Shown piece after piece: positions 49,901 to 61,900 of a stretch of 64,000 bases of DNA. Made by a program: the position numbers and the translations under genes. Origin of the DNA: Eimeria praecox (taxonomy: Eukaryota); contig OY986946.1 in NCBI GenBank assembly GCA_963920595.1, positions 9,548,001-9,612,000 on the forward strand, read 5' to 3'. Below the pieces are notes generated by a model that ran no database searches, had not been told where the DNA came from, and worked only from the letters and a program-made list of their open reading frames with translations. Positions within the stretch are counted from its first letter, which is position 1, and each line of letters starts with the position of its first letter.

Positions 49901-52900
49901 TGTGGAGGCAGCGCATTTATTGGTTGTGTGGGTGGGGACGTATTGGGGGCTCGTTTTGTTGCATGGGTTTGTGAATGGTGCGTTGTGCGTGTGATGGCAC
50001 AGGCAGCATGCCGGGAGCTTTATTGTGGCATTGTTGGCAGTGGATGGGATGTGTTTGGAATGTTGTATGCTATGATGACGGTGGAGGTTGCATGCATGGG
50101 TGTATAGGCGAGCGGCATTTCGGTGGGGCGTTAGTGGTCTTATGCATCAGACGGTTTGTGACAGCAGGCGACGTTTGTCTGTAAATGTTTGGGGTATGTG
50201 CTCAGCCAAAGGAAGTGCGTTCATCTGCAAGGGAGGCGTGATGAGATTGGATTGGATGGGTGTACCAGAGCTTTAGTTGGATGATGCATTAGTGGGTTTG
50301 GGCAGCGGATGGTTTGTCCCAGCAGGCGACGTTTGCTTGCGTACGTTTGAAGTATTCGATCGGGTACAGCCAGTGTGTTTGGCTGCCTGCAAGGAATACG
50401 AAATTGTTAGGTGCAGTGTGTGTTTCGTTTCTGTTTTGTTTTTTTGTCGATGGGATGGGTGTTGTTGGTGTGTGGCTTCTGGCAGTTTTTTGGGTGCATG
50501 GGCTGCATGATATGTATTGTACTAATGCGTCGATGGTGCATCGCGTGTCGGAGCGTGTGCCGTGAGCTTGGCATTTGTGGATTCTTTATTGGCATAGATG
50601 GTTGGAGCTCAGCTCATTGATCGGTGGTGGGTGTGTGGAGGTGTAGGGTGGTCATTTTGGTGCATGGGTTTGTGGATGGCACGTTGTGCGTTTGACGTTA
50701 CAGGAAGTATGTTGGCGGCCTTTGTGCGGTTTTGTTGGCCATTGGGGTGGTGGCTTTGGATGGTTAGTGCCGGATTGTATTGCATTCGCCATTCCGTGAA
50801 GCAACGGTTAGCATTATGTGTGGATGGATTGTGGGCTGGAGGGCGAGCGTTGTTGGTTGCGGGAGGGTAGCTTGGGTGGGTTGGTTAGTGGCAGTTGTGG
50901 AGGCAGCGCATTTATTGGTTGTGTGGGTGGGGACGTATTGGGGGCTCGTTTTGTTGCATGGGTTTGTGAATGGTGCGTTGTGCGTGTGATGGCACAGGCA
51001 GCATGCCGGGAGCTTTATTGTGGCATTGTTGGCAGTGGATGGGATGTGTTTGGAATGTTGTATGTTATGATGAGGGTGGAGGTTGCATGCATGGGTGTAT
51101 AGGCGAGCGGCATTTCGGTGGGGCGTTAGTGGTCTTATGCATCAGGCGGTTTGTGACAGCAGGCGACGTTTGTCTGTAAATGTTTGGGGTATGTGCTCAG
51201 CCAAAGGAAGTACGTTCATCTGCAAGGGAGGCGTGATGAGATTGGATTGGATGGGTGTACCAGAGCTTTAGTTGGATGATGCGTTAGTGGGTTTGGGCAG
51301 CGGATGGTTTGTCCCAGCAGGCGACGTTTGCTTGCGTACGTTTGAGGTATTCGATCGGGTACAGCCAGTGTGTTTGGCTGCCTGCAAGGAATACGAAATT
51401 GTTTGGTGCAGTGTGTGTTTCGTCGCTGTTTTGTTTCTTTGTCGATGGGATGGGTGTTGTTGGTGTGTGGCTTCTGGCTGTTTTTTGGGTGCATGGGCTG
51501 CATGATATGTATTGTACTAATGCGTCGATGGTGCATCGCGTGTCGGAGCGTGTGCCGTGAGCTTGGCATTTGTGGATTCTTTATTGGCATAGATGGTTGG
51601 AGCTCAGCTCATTGATCGGTGGTGGGTGTGTGGAGGTGTAGGGTGGTCATTTTGGTGCATGGGTTTGTGGATGGCACGTTGTGCGTTTGACGTTACAGGA
51701 AGTATGTTGGCGGCCTTTGTGCGGTTTTGTTGGCCATTGGGGTGGTGGCTTTGGATGGTTAGTGCCGGATTGTATTGCATTCGCCAGTCCATGAAGCAAT
51801 GGTTAGCATTATGTGTGGATGGATTGTGGGCTGGAGGGCGAGCGTTGTTGGTTGCGGGAGGGTAGCTTGGGTGGGTTGGTTAGTGGCAGTTGTGGAGGCA
51901 GCGCATTTATTGGTTGTGTGGGTGGGGACGTATTGGGGGCTCGTTTTGTTGCATGGGTTTGTGAATGGTGCGTTGTGCGTGTGATGGCACAGGCAGCATG
52001 CCGGGAGCTTTATTGTGGCATTGTTGGCAGTGGATGGGATGTGTTTGGAATGTTGTATGCTATGATGACGGTGGAGGTTGCATGCATGGGTGTATAGGCG
52101 AGCGGCATTTCGGTGGGGCGTTAGTGGTCTTATGCATCAGACGGTTTGTGACAGCAGGCGACGTTTGTCTGTAAATGTTTGGGGTATGTGCTCAGCCAAA
52201 GGAAGTGCGTTCATCTGCAAGGGAGGCGTGATGAGATTGGATTGGATGGGTGTACCAGAGCTTTAGTTGGATGATGCATTAGTGGGTTTGGGCAGCGGAT
52301 GGTTTGTCCCAGCAGGCGACGTTTGCTTGCGTACGTTTGAAGTATTCGATCGGGTACAGCCAGTGTGTTTGGCTGCCTGCAAGGAATACGAAATTGTTAG
52401 GTGCAGTGTGTGTTTCGTTGCTGTTTTGTTTTTTTGTCGATGGGATGGGTGTTGTTGGTGTGTGGCTTCTGGCAGTTTTTTGGGTGCATGGGCTGCATGA
52501 TATGTATTGTACTAATGCGTCGATGGTGCATCGCGTGTCGGAGCGTGTGCCGTGAGCTTGGCATTTGTGGATTCTTTATTGGCATAGATGGTTGGAGCTC
52601 AGCTCATTGATCGGTGGTGGGTGTGTGGAGGTGTAGGGTGGTCATTTTGGTGCATGGGTTTGTGGATGGCACGTTGTGCGTTTGACGTTACAGGAAGTAT
52701 GTTGGCGGCCTTTGTGCGGTTTTGTTGGCCATTGGGGTGGTGGCTTTGGATGGTTAGTGCCGGATTGTATTGCATTCGCCATTCCGTGAAGCAACGGTTA
52801 GCATTATGTGTGGATGGATTGTGGGCTGGAGGGCGAGCGTTGTTGGTTGCGGGAGGGTAGCTTGGGTGGGTTGGTTAGTGGCAGTTGTGGAGGCAGCGCA

Positions 52901-55900
52901 TTTATTGGTTGTGTGGGTGGGGACGTATTGGGGGCTCGTTTTGTTGCATGGGTTTGTGAATGGTGCGTTGTGCGTGTGATGGCACAGGCAGCATGCCGGG
53001 AGCTTTATTGTGGCATTGTTGGCAGTGGATGGGATGTGTTTGGAATGTTGTATGTTATGATGAGGGTGGAGGTTGCATGCATGGGTGTATAGGCGAGCGG
53101 CATTTCGGTGGGGCGTTAGTGGTCTTATGCATCAGGCGGTTTGTGACAGCAGGCGACGTTTGTCTGTAAATGTTTGGGGTATGTGCTCAGCCAAAGGAAG
53201 TACGTTCATCTGCAAGGGAGGCGTGATGAGATTGGATTGGATGGGTGTACCAGAGCTTTAGTTGGATGATGCGTTAGTGGGTTTGGGCAGCGGATGGTTT
53301 GTCCCAGCAGGCGACGTTTGCTTGCGTACGTTTGAGGTATTCGATCGGGTACAGCCAGTGTGTTTGGCTGCCTGCAAGGAATACGAAATTGTTTGGTGCA
53401 GTGTGTGTTTCGTCGCTGTTTTGTTTCTTTGTCGATGGGATGGGTGTTGTTGGTGTGTGGCTTCTGGCTGTTTTTTGGGTGCATGGGCTGCATGATATGT
53501 ATTGTACTAATGCGTCGATGGTGCATCGCGTGTCGGAGCGTGTGCCGTGAGCTTGGCATTTGTGGATTCTTTATTGGCATAGATGGTTGGAGCTCAGCTC
53601 ATTGATCGGTGGTGGGTGTGTGGAGGTGTAGGGTGGTCATTTTGGTGCATGGGTTTGTGGATGGCACGTTGTGCGTTTGACGTTACAGGAAGTATGTTGG
53701 CGGCCTTTGTGCGGTTTTGTTGGCCATTGGGGTGGTGGCTTTGGATGGTTAGTGCCGGATTGTATTGCATTCGCCAGTCCATGAAGCAATGGTTAGCATT
53801 ATGTGTGGATGGATTGTGGGCTGGAGGGCGAGCGTTGTTGGTTGCGGGAGGGTAGCTTGGGTGGGTTGGTTAGTGGCAGTTGTGGAGGCAGCGCATTTAT
53901 TGGTTGTGTGGGTGGGGACGTATTGGGGGCTCGTTTTGTTGCATGGGTTTGTGAATGGTGCGTTGTGCGTGTGATGGCACAGGCAGCATGCCGGGAGCTT
54001 TATTGTGGCATTGTTGGCAGTGGATGGGATGTGTTTGGAATGTTGTATGCTATGATGACGGTGGAGGTTGCATGCATGGGTGTATAGGCGAGCGGCATTT
54101 CGGTGGGGCGTTAGTGGTCTTATGCATCAGACGGTTTGTGACAGCAGGCGACGTTTGTCTGTAAATGTTTGGGGTATGTGCTCAGCCAAAGGAAGTGCGT
54201 TCATCTGCAAGGGAGGCGTGATGAGATTGGATTGGATGGGTGTACCAGAGCTTTAGTTGGATGATGCATTAGTGGGTTTGGGCAGCGGATGGTTTGTCCC
54301 AGCAGGCGACGTTTGCTTGCGTACGTTTGAAGTATTCGATCGGGTACAGCCAGTGTGTTTGGCTGCCTGCAAGGAATACGAAATTGTTAGGTGCAGTGTG
54401 TGTTTCGTTGCTGTTTTGTTTTTTTGTCGATGGGATGGGTGTTGTTGGTGTGTGGCTTCTGGCAGTTTTTTGGGTGCATGGGCTGCATGATATGTATTGT
54501 ACTAATGCGTCGATGGTGCATCGCGTGTCGGAGCGTGTGCCGTGAGCTTGGCATTTGTGGATTCTTTATTGGCATAGATGGTTGGAGCTCAGCTCATTGA
54601 TCGGTGGTGGGTGTGTGGAGGTGTAGGGTGGTCATTTTGGTGCATGGGTTTGTGGATGGCACGTTGTGCGTTTGACGTTACAGGAAGTATGTTGGCGGCC
54701 TTTGTGCGGTTTTGTTGGCCATTGGGGTGGTGGCTTTGGATGGTTAGTGCCGGATTGTATTGCATTCGCCAGTCCATGAAGCAATGGTTAGCATTATGTG
54801 TGGATGGATTGTGGGCTGGAGGGCGAGCGTTGTTGGTTGCGGGAGGGTAGCTTGGGTGGGTTGGTTAGTGGCAGTTGTGGAGGCAGCGCATTTATTGGTT
54901 GTGTGGGTGGGGACGTATTGGGGGCTCGTTTTGTTGCATGGGTTTGTGAATGGTGCGTTGTGCGTGTGATGGCACAGGCAGCATGCCGGGAGCTTTATTG
55001 TGGCATTGTTGGCAGTGGATGGGATGTGTTTGGAATGTTGTATGCTATGATGACGGTGGAGGTTGCATGCATGGGTGTATAGGCGAGCGGCATTTCGGTG
55101 GGGCGTTAGTGGTCTTATGCATCAGACGGTTTGTGACAGCAGGCGACGTTTGTCTGTAAATGTTTGGGGTATGTGCTCAGCCAAAGGAAGTGCGTTCATC
55201 TGCAAGGGAGGCGTGATGAGATTGGATTGGATGGGTGTACCAGAGCTTTAGTTGGATGATGCATTAGTGGGTTTGGGCAGCGGATGGTTTGTCCCAGCAG
55301 GCGACGTTTGCTTGCGTACGTTTGAAGTATTCGATCGGGTACAGCCAGTGTGTTTGGCTGCCTGCAAGGAATACGAAATTGTTAGGTGCAGTGTGTGTTT
55401 CGTTGCTGTTTTGTTTTTTTGTCGATGGGATGGGTGTTGTTGGTGTGTGGCTTCTGGCAGTTTTTTGGGTGCATGGGCTGCATGATATGTATTGTACTAA
55501 TGCGCCGATGGTGCATCGCGTGTCGTAGCGTGTGCCGTGAGCTTGGCATTTGTAGATTCTTTATTGGCATAGATGGTTGGAGCTCAGCTCATTGATCGGT
55601 GGTGGGTGTGTGGAGGTGTAGGGTGGTCATTTTGGTGCATGGGTTTGTGGATGGCACGTTGTGCGTTTGACGTTACAGGAAGTATGTTGGCGGCCTTTGT
55701 GCGGTTTTGTTGGCTATTGGGGTGGTGGCTTTGGATGGTTAGTGCCGGATTGTATTGCATTCGCCAGTCCATGAAGCAATGGTTAGCATTATGTGTGGAT
55801 GGATTGTGGGCTGGAGGGCGAACGTTGTTGGTTGCGGGAGGGTAGCTTGGGTGGGTTGGTTAGTGGCAGTTGTGGAGGCAGCGCATTTATTGGTTGTGTG

Positions 55901-58900
55901 GGTGGGGACGTATTGGGGGCTCGTTTTGTTGCATGGGTTTGTGAATGGTGCGTTGTGCGTGTGATGGCACAGGCAGCATGCCGGGAGCTTTATTGTGGCA
56001 TTGTTGGCAGTGGATGGGATGTGTTTGGAATGTTGTATGCTATGATGAGGGTGGAGGTTGCATGCATGGGTGTATAGGCGAGCGGCATTTCGGTGGGGCG
56101 TTAGTGGTCTTATGCATCAGACGGTTTGTGACAGCAGGCGACGTTTGTCTGTAAATGTTTGGGGTATGTGCTCAGCCAAAGGAAGTGCGTTCATCTGCAA
56201 GGGAGGCGTGATGAGATTGGATTGGATGGGTGTACCAGAGCTTTAGTTGGATGATGCGTTAGTGGGTTTGGGCAGCGGATGGTTTGTTCCAGCAGGCGAC
56301 GTTTGCTTGCGTACGTTTGAGGTATTCGATCGGGTACAGCCAGTGTGTTTGGCTGCATGCAAGGAATACGAAATTGTTTGGTGCAGTGTGTGTTTCGTTG
56401 CTGTTTTGTTTTTTTGTCGATGGGATGGGTGTTGTTGGTGTGTGGCTTCTGGCAGTTTTTTGGGTGCATGGGCTGCATGATATGTATTGTACTAATGCGT
56501 CGATGGTGCATCGCGTGTCGTAGCGTGTGCCGTGAGCTTGGAATTTGTAGATTCTTTATTGGCATAGATGGTTGGAGCTCCGCTCATTGATCGGTGGTGG
56601 GTGTGTGGAGGTGTAGGGTGGTCATTTTGTTGCATGGGTTTGTGGATGGCACGTTGTGCGTTTGACGTTACAGGAAGTATGTTGGCAGCCTTTGTGCGGT
56701 TTTGTTGGCCATTGGGGTGGTGGCTTTGGATGGTTAGTGCCGGATTGTATTGCATTCCCCATTCCGTGAAGCAATGGTTAGCATTATGTGTGGATGGATT
56801 GTGGGCTGGAGGGCGAGCGTTGTTGGTTGCGGGAGGGTAGCTTGGGTGGGTTGGTTAGTGGCAGTTGTGGAGGCAGCGCATTTATTGGTTGTGTGGGTGG
56901 GGACGTATTGGGGGCTCGTTTTGTTGCATGGGTTTGTGAATGGTGCGTTGTGCGTGTGATGGCACAGGCAGCATGCCGGGAGCTTTATTGTGGCATTGTT
57001 GGCAGTGGATGGGATGTGTTTGGAATGTTGTATGTTATGATGAGGGTGGAGGTTGCATGCATGGGTGTATAGGCGAGCGGCATTTCGGTGGGGCGTTAGT
57101 GGTCTTATGCATCAGGCGGTTTGTGACAGCAGGCGACGTTTGTCTGTAAATGTTTGGGGTATGTGCTCAGCCAAAGGAAGTGCGTTCATCTGCAAGGGAG
57201 GCGTGATGAGATTGGATTGGATGGGTGTACCAGAGCTTTAGTTGGATGATGCGTTAGTGGGTTTGGGCAGCGGATGGTTTGTTCCAGCAGGCGACGTTTG
57301 CTTGCGTACGTTTGAGGTATTCGATCGGGTACAGCCAGTGTGTTTGGCTGCCTGCAAGGAATACGAAATTGTTTGGTGCAGTGTGTGTTTCGTCGCTGTT
57401 TTGTTTCTTTGTCGATGGGATGGGTGTTTTTGGTGTGTGGCTTCTGGCAGTTTTTTGGGTGCATGGGCTGCATGATATGTATTGTACTAATGCGTCGATG
57501 GTGCATCGCGTGTCGTAGCGTGCGCCGTGAGCTTGGCATTTGTAGATTCTTTATTGGCATAGATGGTTGGAGCTCAGCTCATTGATCAGTGGTGGGTGTG
57601 TGGAGGTGTAGGGTGGTCATTTTGGTGCATGGGTTTGTGGATGGCACGTTGTGCGTTTGACGTTACAGGAAGTATGTTGGCAGCCTTTGTGCGGTTTTGT
57701 TGGCCATTGGGGTGGTGGCTTTGGATGGTTAGTGCCGGATTGTATTGCATTCCGAGCGTTGTTGGTTGCGGGAGGGTAGCTTGGGTGGGTTGGTTAGTGG
57801 CAATTCTGGAGGCAGCGCATTTATTGGTTGTGTGGGTGGGGACGTATTGGGGGCTCGTTTTGTTGCATGGGTTTGTGAATGGTGCGTTGTGCGTGTGATG
57901 GCACAGGCAGCATGCCGGGAGCTTTATTGTGGCATTGTTGGCAGTGGATGGGATGTGTTTGGAATGTTGTATGTTATGATGAGGGTGGAGGTTGCATGCA
58001 TGGGTGTATAGGCGAGCGGCATTTCGGTGGGGCGTTAGTGGTCTTATGCATCAGACGGTTTGTGACAGCAGGCGACGTTTGTCTGTAAATGTTTGGGGTA
58101 TGTGCTCAGCCAAAGGAAGTGCGTTCATCTGCAAGGGAGGCGTGATGAGATTGGATTGGATGGGTGTACCAGAGCTTTAGTTGGATGATGCGTTAGTGGG
58201 TTTGGGCAGCGGATGGTTTGTTCCAGCAGGCGACGTTTGCTTGCGTACGTTTGAGGTATTCGATCGGGTACAGCCAGTGTGTTTGGCTGCCTGCAAGGAA
58301 TACGAAATTGTTTGGTGCAGTGTGTGTTTCGTTGCTGTTTTGTTTTTTTGTCGATGGGATGGGTGTTGTTGGTGTGTGGCTTCTGGCAGTTTTTTGGGTG
58401 CATGGGCTGCATGATATGTATTGTACTAATGCGTCGATGGTGCATGGCGTGTCGTAGCGTGTGCCGTGAGCTTGGCATTTGTAGATTCTTTATTGGCATA
58501 GATGGTTAGAGCTCAGCTCATTGATCGGTGGTGGGTGTGTGGAGGTGCAGGGTGGTCATTTTGGTGCATGGGTTTGTGGATGGCACGTTGTGCGTTTGAC
58601 GTTACAGGAAGTATGTTGGCGGCCTTTGTGCGGTTTTGTTGGCCATTGGGGTGGTGGCTTTGGATGGTTAGTGCCGGATTGTATTGCATTCGCCATTCCG
58701 TGAAGCAATGGTTAGCATTATGTGTGGATGGATTGTGGGCTGGAGGGCGAGCGTTGTTGGTTGCGGGAGGGTAGCTTGGGTGGGTTGGTTATTGGCAATT
58801 CTGGAGGCAGCGCATTTATTGGTTGTGTGGGTGGGGACGTATTGGGGGCTCGTTTTGTTGCATGGGTTTGTGAATGGTGCGTTGTGCGTGTGATGGCACA

Positions 58901-61900
58901 GGCAGCATGCCGGGAGCTTTATTGTGGCATTGTTGGCAGTGGATGGGATGTGTTTGGAATGTTGTATGTTATGATGAGGGTGGAGGTTGCATGCATGGGT
59001 GTATAGGCGAGCGGCATTTCGGTGGGGCGTTAGTGGTCTTATGCATCAGACGGTTTGTGACAGCAGGCGACGTTTGTCTGTAAATGTTTGGGGTATGTGC
59101 TCAGCCAAAGGAAGTGCGTTCATCTGCAAGGGAGGCGTGATGAGATTGGATTGGATGGGTGTACCAGAGCTTTAGTTGGATGATGCGTTAGTGGGTTTGG
59201 GCAGCGGATGGTTTGTTCCAGCAGGCGACGTTTGCTTGCGTACGTTTGAGGTATTCGATCGGGTACAGCCAGTGTGTTTGGCTGCATGCAAGGAATACGA
59301 AATTGTTAGGTGCAGTGTGTGTTTCGTTGCTGTTTTGTTTTTTTGTCGATGGGATGGGTGTTTTTGGTGTGTGGCTTCTGGCAGTTTTTTGGGTGCATGG
59401 GCTGCATGATATGTATTGTACTAATGCGTCGATGGTGCATCGCGTGTCGTAGCGTGTGCCGTGAGCTTGGCATTTGTAGATTCTTTATTGGCATAGATGG
59501 TTGAAGCTCAGCTCATTGATCGGTGGTGGGTGTGTGGAGGTGTAGGGTGGTCATTTTGGTGCATGGGTTTGTGGATGGCACGTTGTGCGTTTGACGTTAC
59601 AGGAAGTATGTTGGCGGCCTTTGTGCGGTTTTGTTGGCCATTGGGGTGGTGGCTTTGGATGGTTAGTGCCGGATTGTATTGCATTCCCCATTCCGTGAAG
59701 CAATGGTTAGCATTATGTGTGGATGGATTGTGGGCTGGAGGGCGAGCGTTGTTGGTTGCGGGAGGGTAGCTTGGGTGGGTTGGTTAGTGGCAGTTGTGGA
59801 GGCAGCGCATTTATTGGTTGTGTGGGTGGGGACGTATTGGGGGCTCGTTTTGTTGCATGGGTTTGTGAATGGTGCGTTGTGCGTGTGATGGCACAGGCAG
59901 CATGCCGGGAGCTTTATTGTGGCATTGTTGGCAGTGGATGGGATGTGTTTGGAATGTTGTATGTTATGATGAGGGTGGAGGTTGCATGCATGGGTGTATA
60001 GGCGAGCGGCATTTCGGTGGGGCGTTAGTGGTCTTATGCATCAGACGGTTTGTGACAGCAGGCGACGTTTGTCTGTAAATGTTTGGGGTATGTGCTCAGC
60101 CAAAGGAAGTGCGTTCATCTGCAAGGGAGGCGTGATGAGATTGGATTGGATGGGTGTACCAGAGCTTTAGTTGGATGATGCGTTAGTGGGTTTGGGCAGC
60201 GGATGGTTTGTTCCAGCAGGCGACGTTTGCTTGCGTACGTTTGAGGTATTCGATCGGGTACAGCCAGTGTGTTTGGCTGCATGCAAGGAATACGAAATTG
60301 TTTGGTGCAGTGTGTGTTTCGTTGCTGTTTTGTTTTTTTGTCGATGGGATGGGTGTTGTTGGTGTGTGGCTTCTGGCAGTTTTTTGGGTGCATGGGCTGC
60401 ATGATATGTATTGTACTAATGCGTGGATGGTGCATCGCGTGTCGTAGCGTGTGCCGTGAGCTTGGCATTTGTAGATTCTTTATTGGCATAGATGGTTGGA
60501 GCTCAGCTCATTGATCGGTGGTGGGTGTGTGGAGGTGTAGGGTGGTCATTTTGGTGCATGGGTTTGTGGATGGCACGTTGTGCGTTTGACGTTACAGGAA
60601 GTATGTTGGCGGCCTTTGTGCGGTTTTGTTGGCCATTGGGGTGGTGGCTTTGGATGGTTAGTGCCGGATTGTATTGCATTCGCCAGTCCATGAAGCAGCG
60701 GTTAGCATTATGCGTGGATGGATTGTGGGCTGGAGGGCGAGCGTTGTTGGTTGCGGGAGGGTAGCTTGGGTGGGTTGGTTAGTGGCAGTTGTGGAGGCAG
60801 CGCATTTATTGGTTGTGTGGGTGGGGACGTATTGGGGGCTCGTTTTGTTGCATGGGTTTGTGAATGGTGCGTTGTGCGTGTGATGGCACAGGCAGCATGC
60901 CGGGAGCTTTATTGTGGCATTGTTGGCAGTGGATGGGATGTGTTTGGAATGTTGTATGTTATGATGAGGGTGGAGGTTGCATGCATGGGTGTATAGGCGA
61001 GCGGCATTTCGGTGGGGCGTTAGTGGTCTTATGCATCAGACGGTTTGTGACAGCAGGCGACGTTTGTCTGTAAATGTTTGGGGTATGTGCTCAGCCAAAG
61101 GAAGTGCGTTCATCTGCAAGGGAGGCGTGATGAGATTGGATTGGATGGGTGTACCAGAGCTTTAGTTGGATGATGCATTAGTGGGTTTGGGCAGCGGATG
61201 GTTTGTCCCAGCAGGCGACGTTTGCTTGCGTACGTTTGAGGTATTCGATCGGGTACAGCCAGTGTGTTTGGCTGCCTGCAAGGAATACGAAATTGTTAGG
61301 TGCAGTGTGTGTTTCGTTGCTGTTTTGTTTTTTTGTCGATGGGATGGGTGTTTTTGGTGTGTGGCTTCTGGCAGTTTTTTGGGTGCATGGGCTGCATGAT
61401 ATGTATTGTACTAATGCGTCGATGGTGCATCGCGTGTCGTAGCGTGTGCCGTGAGCTTGGCATTTGTAGATTCTTTATTGGCATAGATGGTTGAAGCTCA
61501 GCTCATTGATCGGTGGTGGGTGTGTGGAGGTGTAGGGTGGTCATTTTGGTGCATGGGTTTGTGGATGGCACGTTGTGCGTTTGACGTTACAGGAAGTATG
61601 TTGGCGGCCTTTGTGCGGTTTTGTTGGCCATTGGGGTGGTGGCTTTGGATGGTTAGTGCCGGATTGTATTGCATTCCCCATTCCGTGAAGCAATGGTTAG
61701 CATTATGTGTGGATGGATTGTGGGCTGGAGGGCGAGCGTTGTTGGTTGCGGGAGGGTAGCTTGGGTGGGTTGGTTAGTGGCAGTTGTGGAGGCAGCGCAT
61801 TTATTGGTTGTGTGGGTGGGGACGTATTGGGGGCTCGTTTTGTTGCATGGGTTTGTGAATGGTGCGTTGTGCGTGTGATGGCACAGGCAGCATGCCGGGA

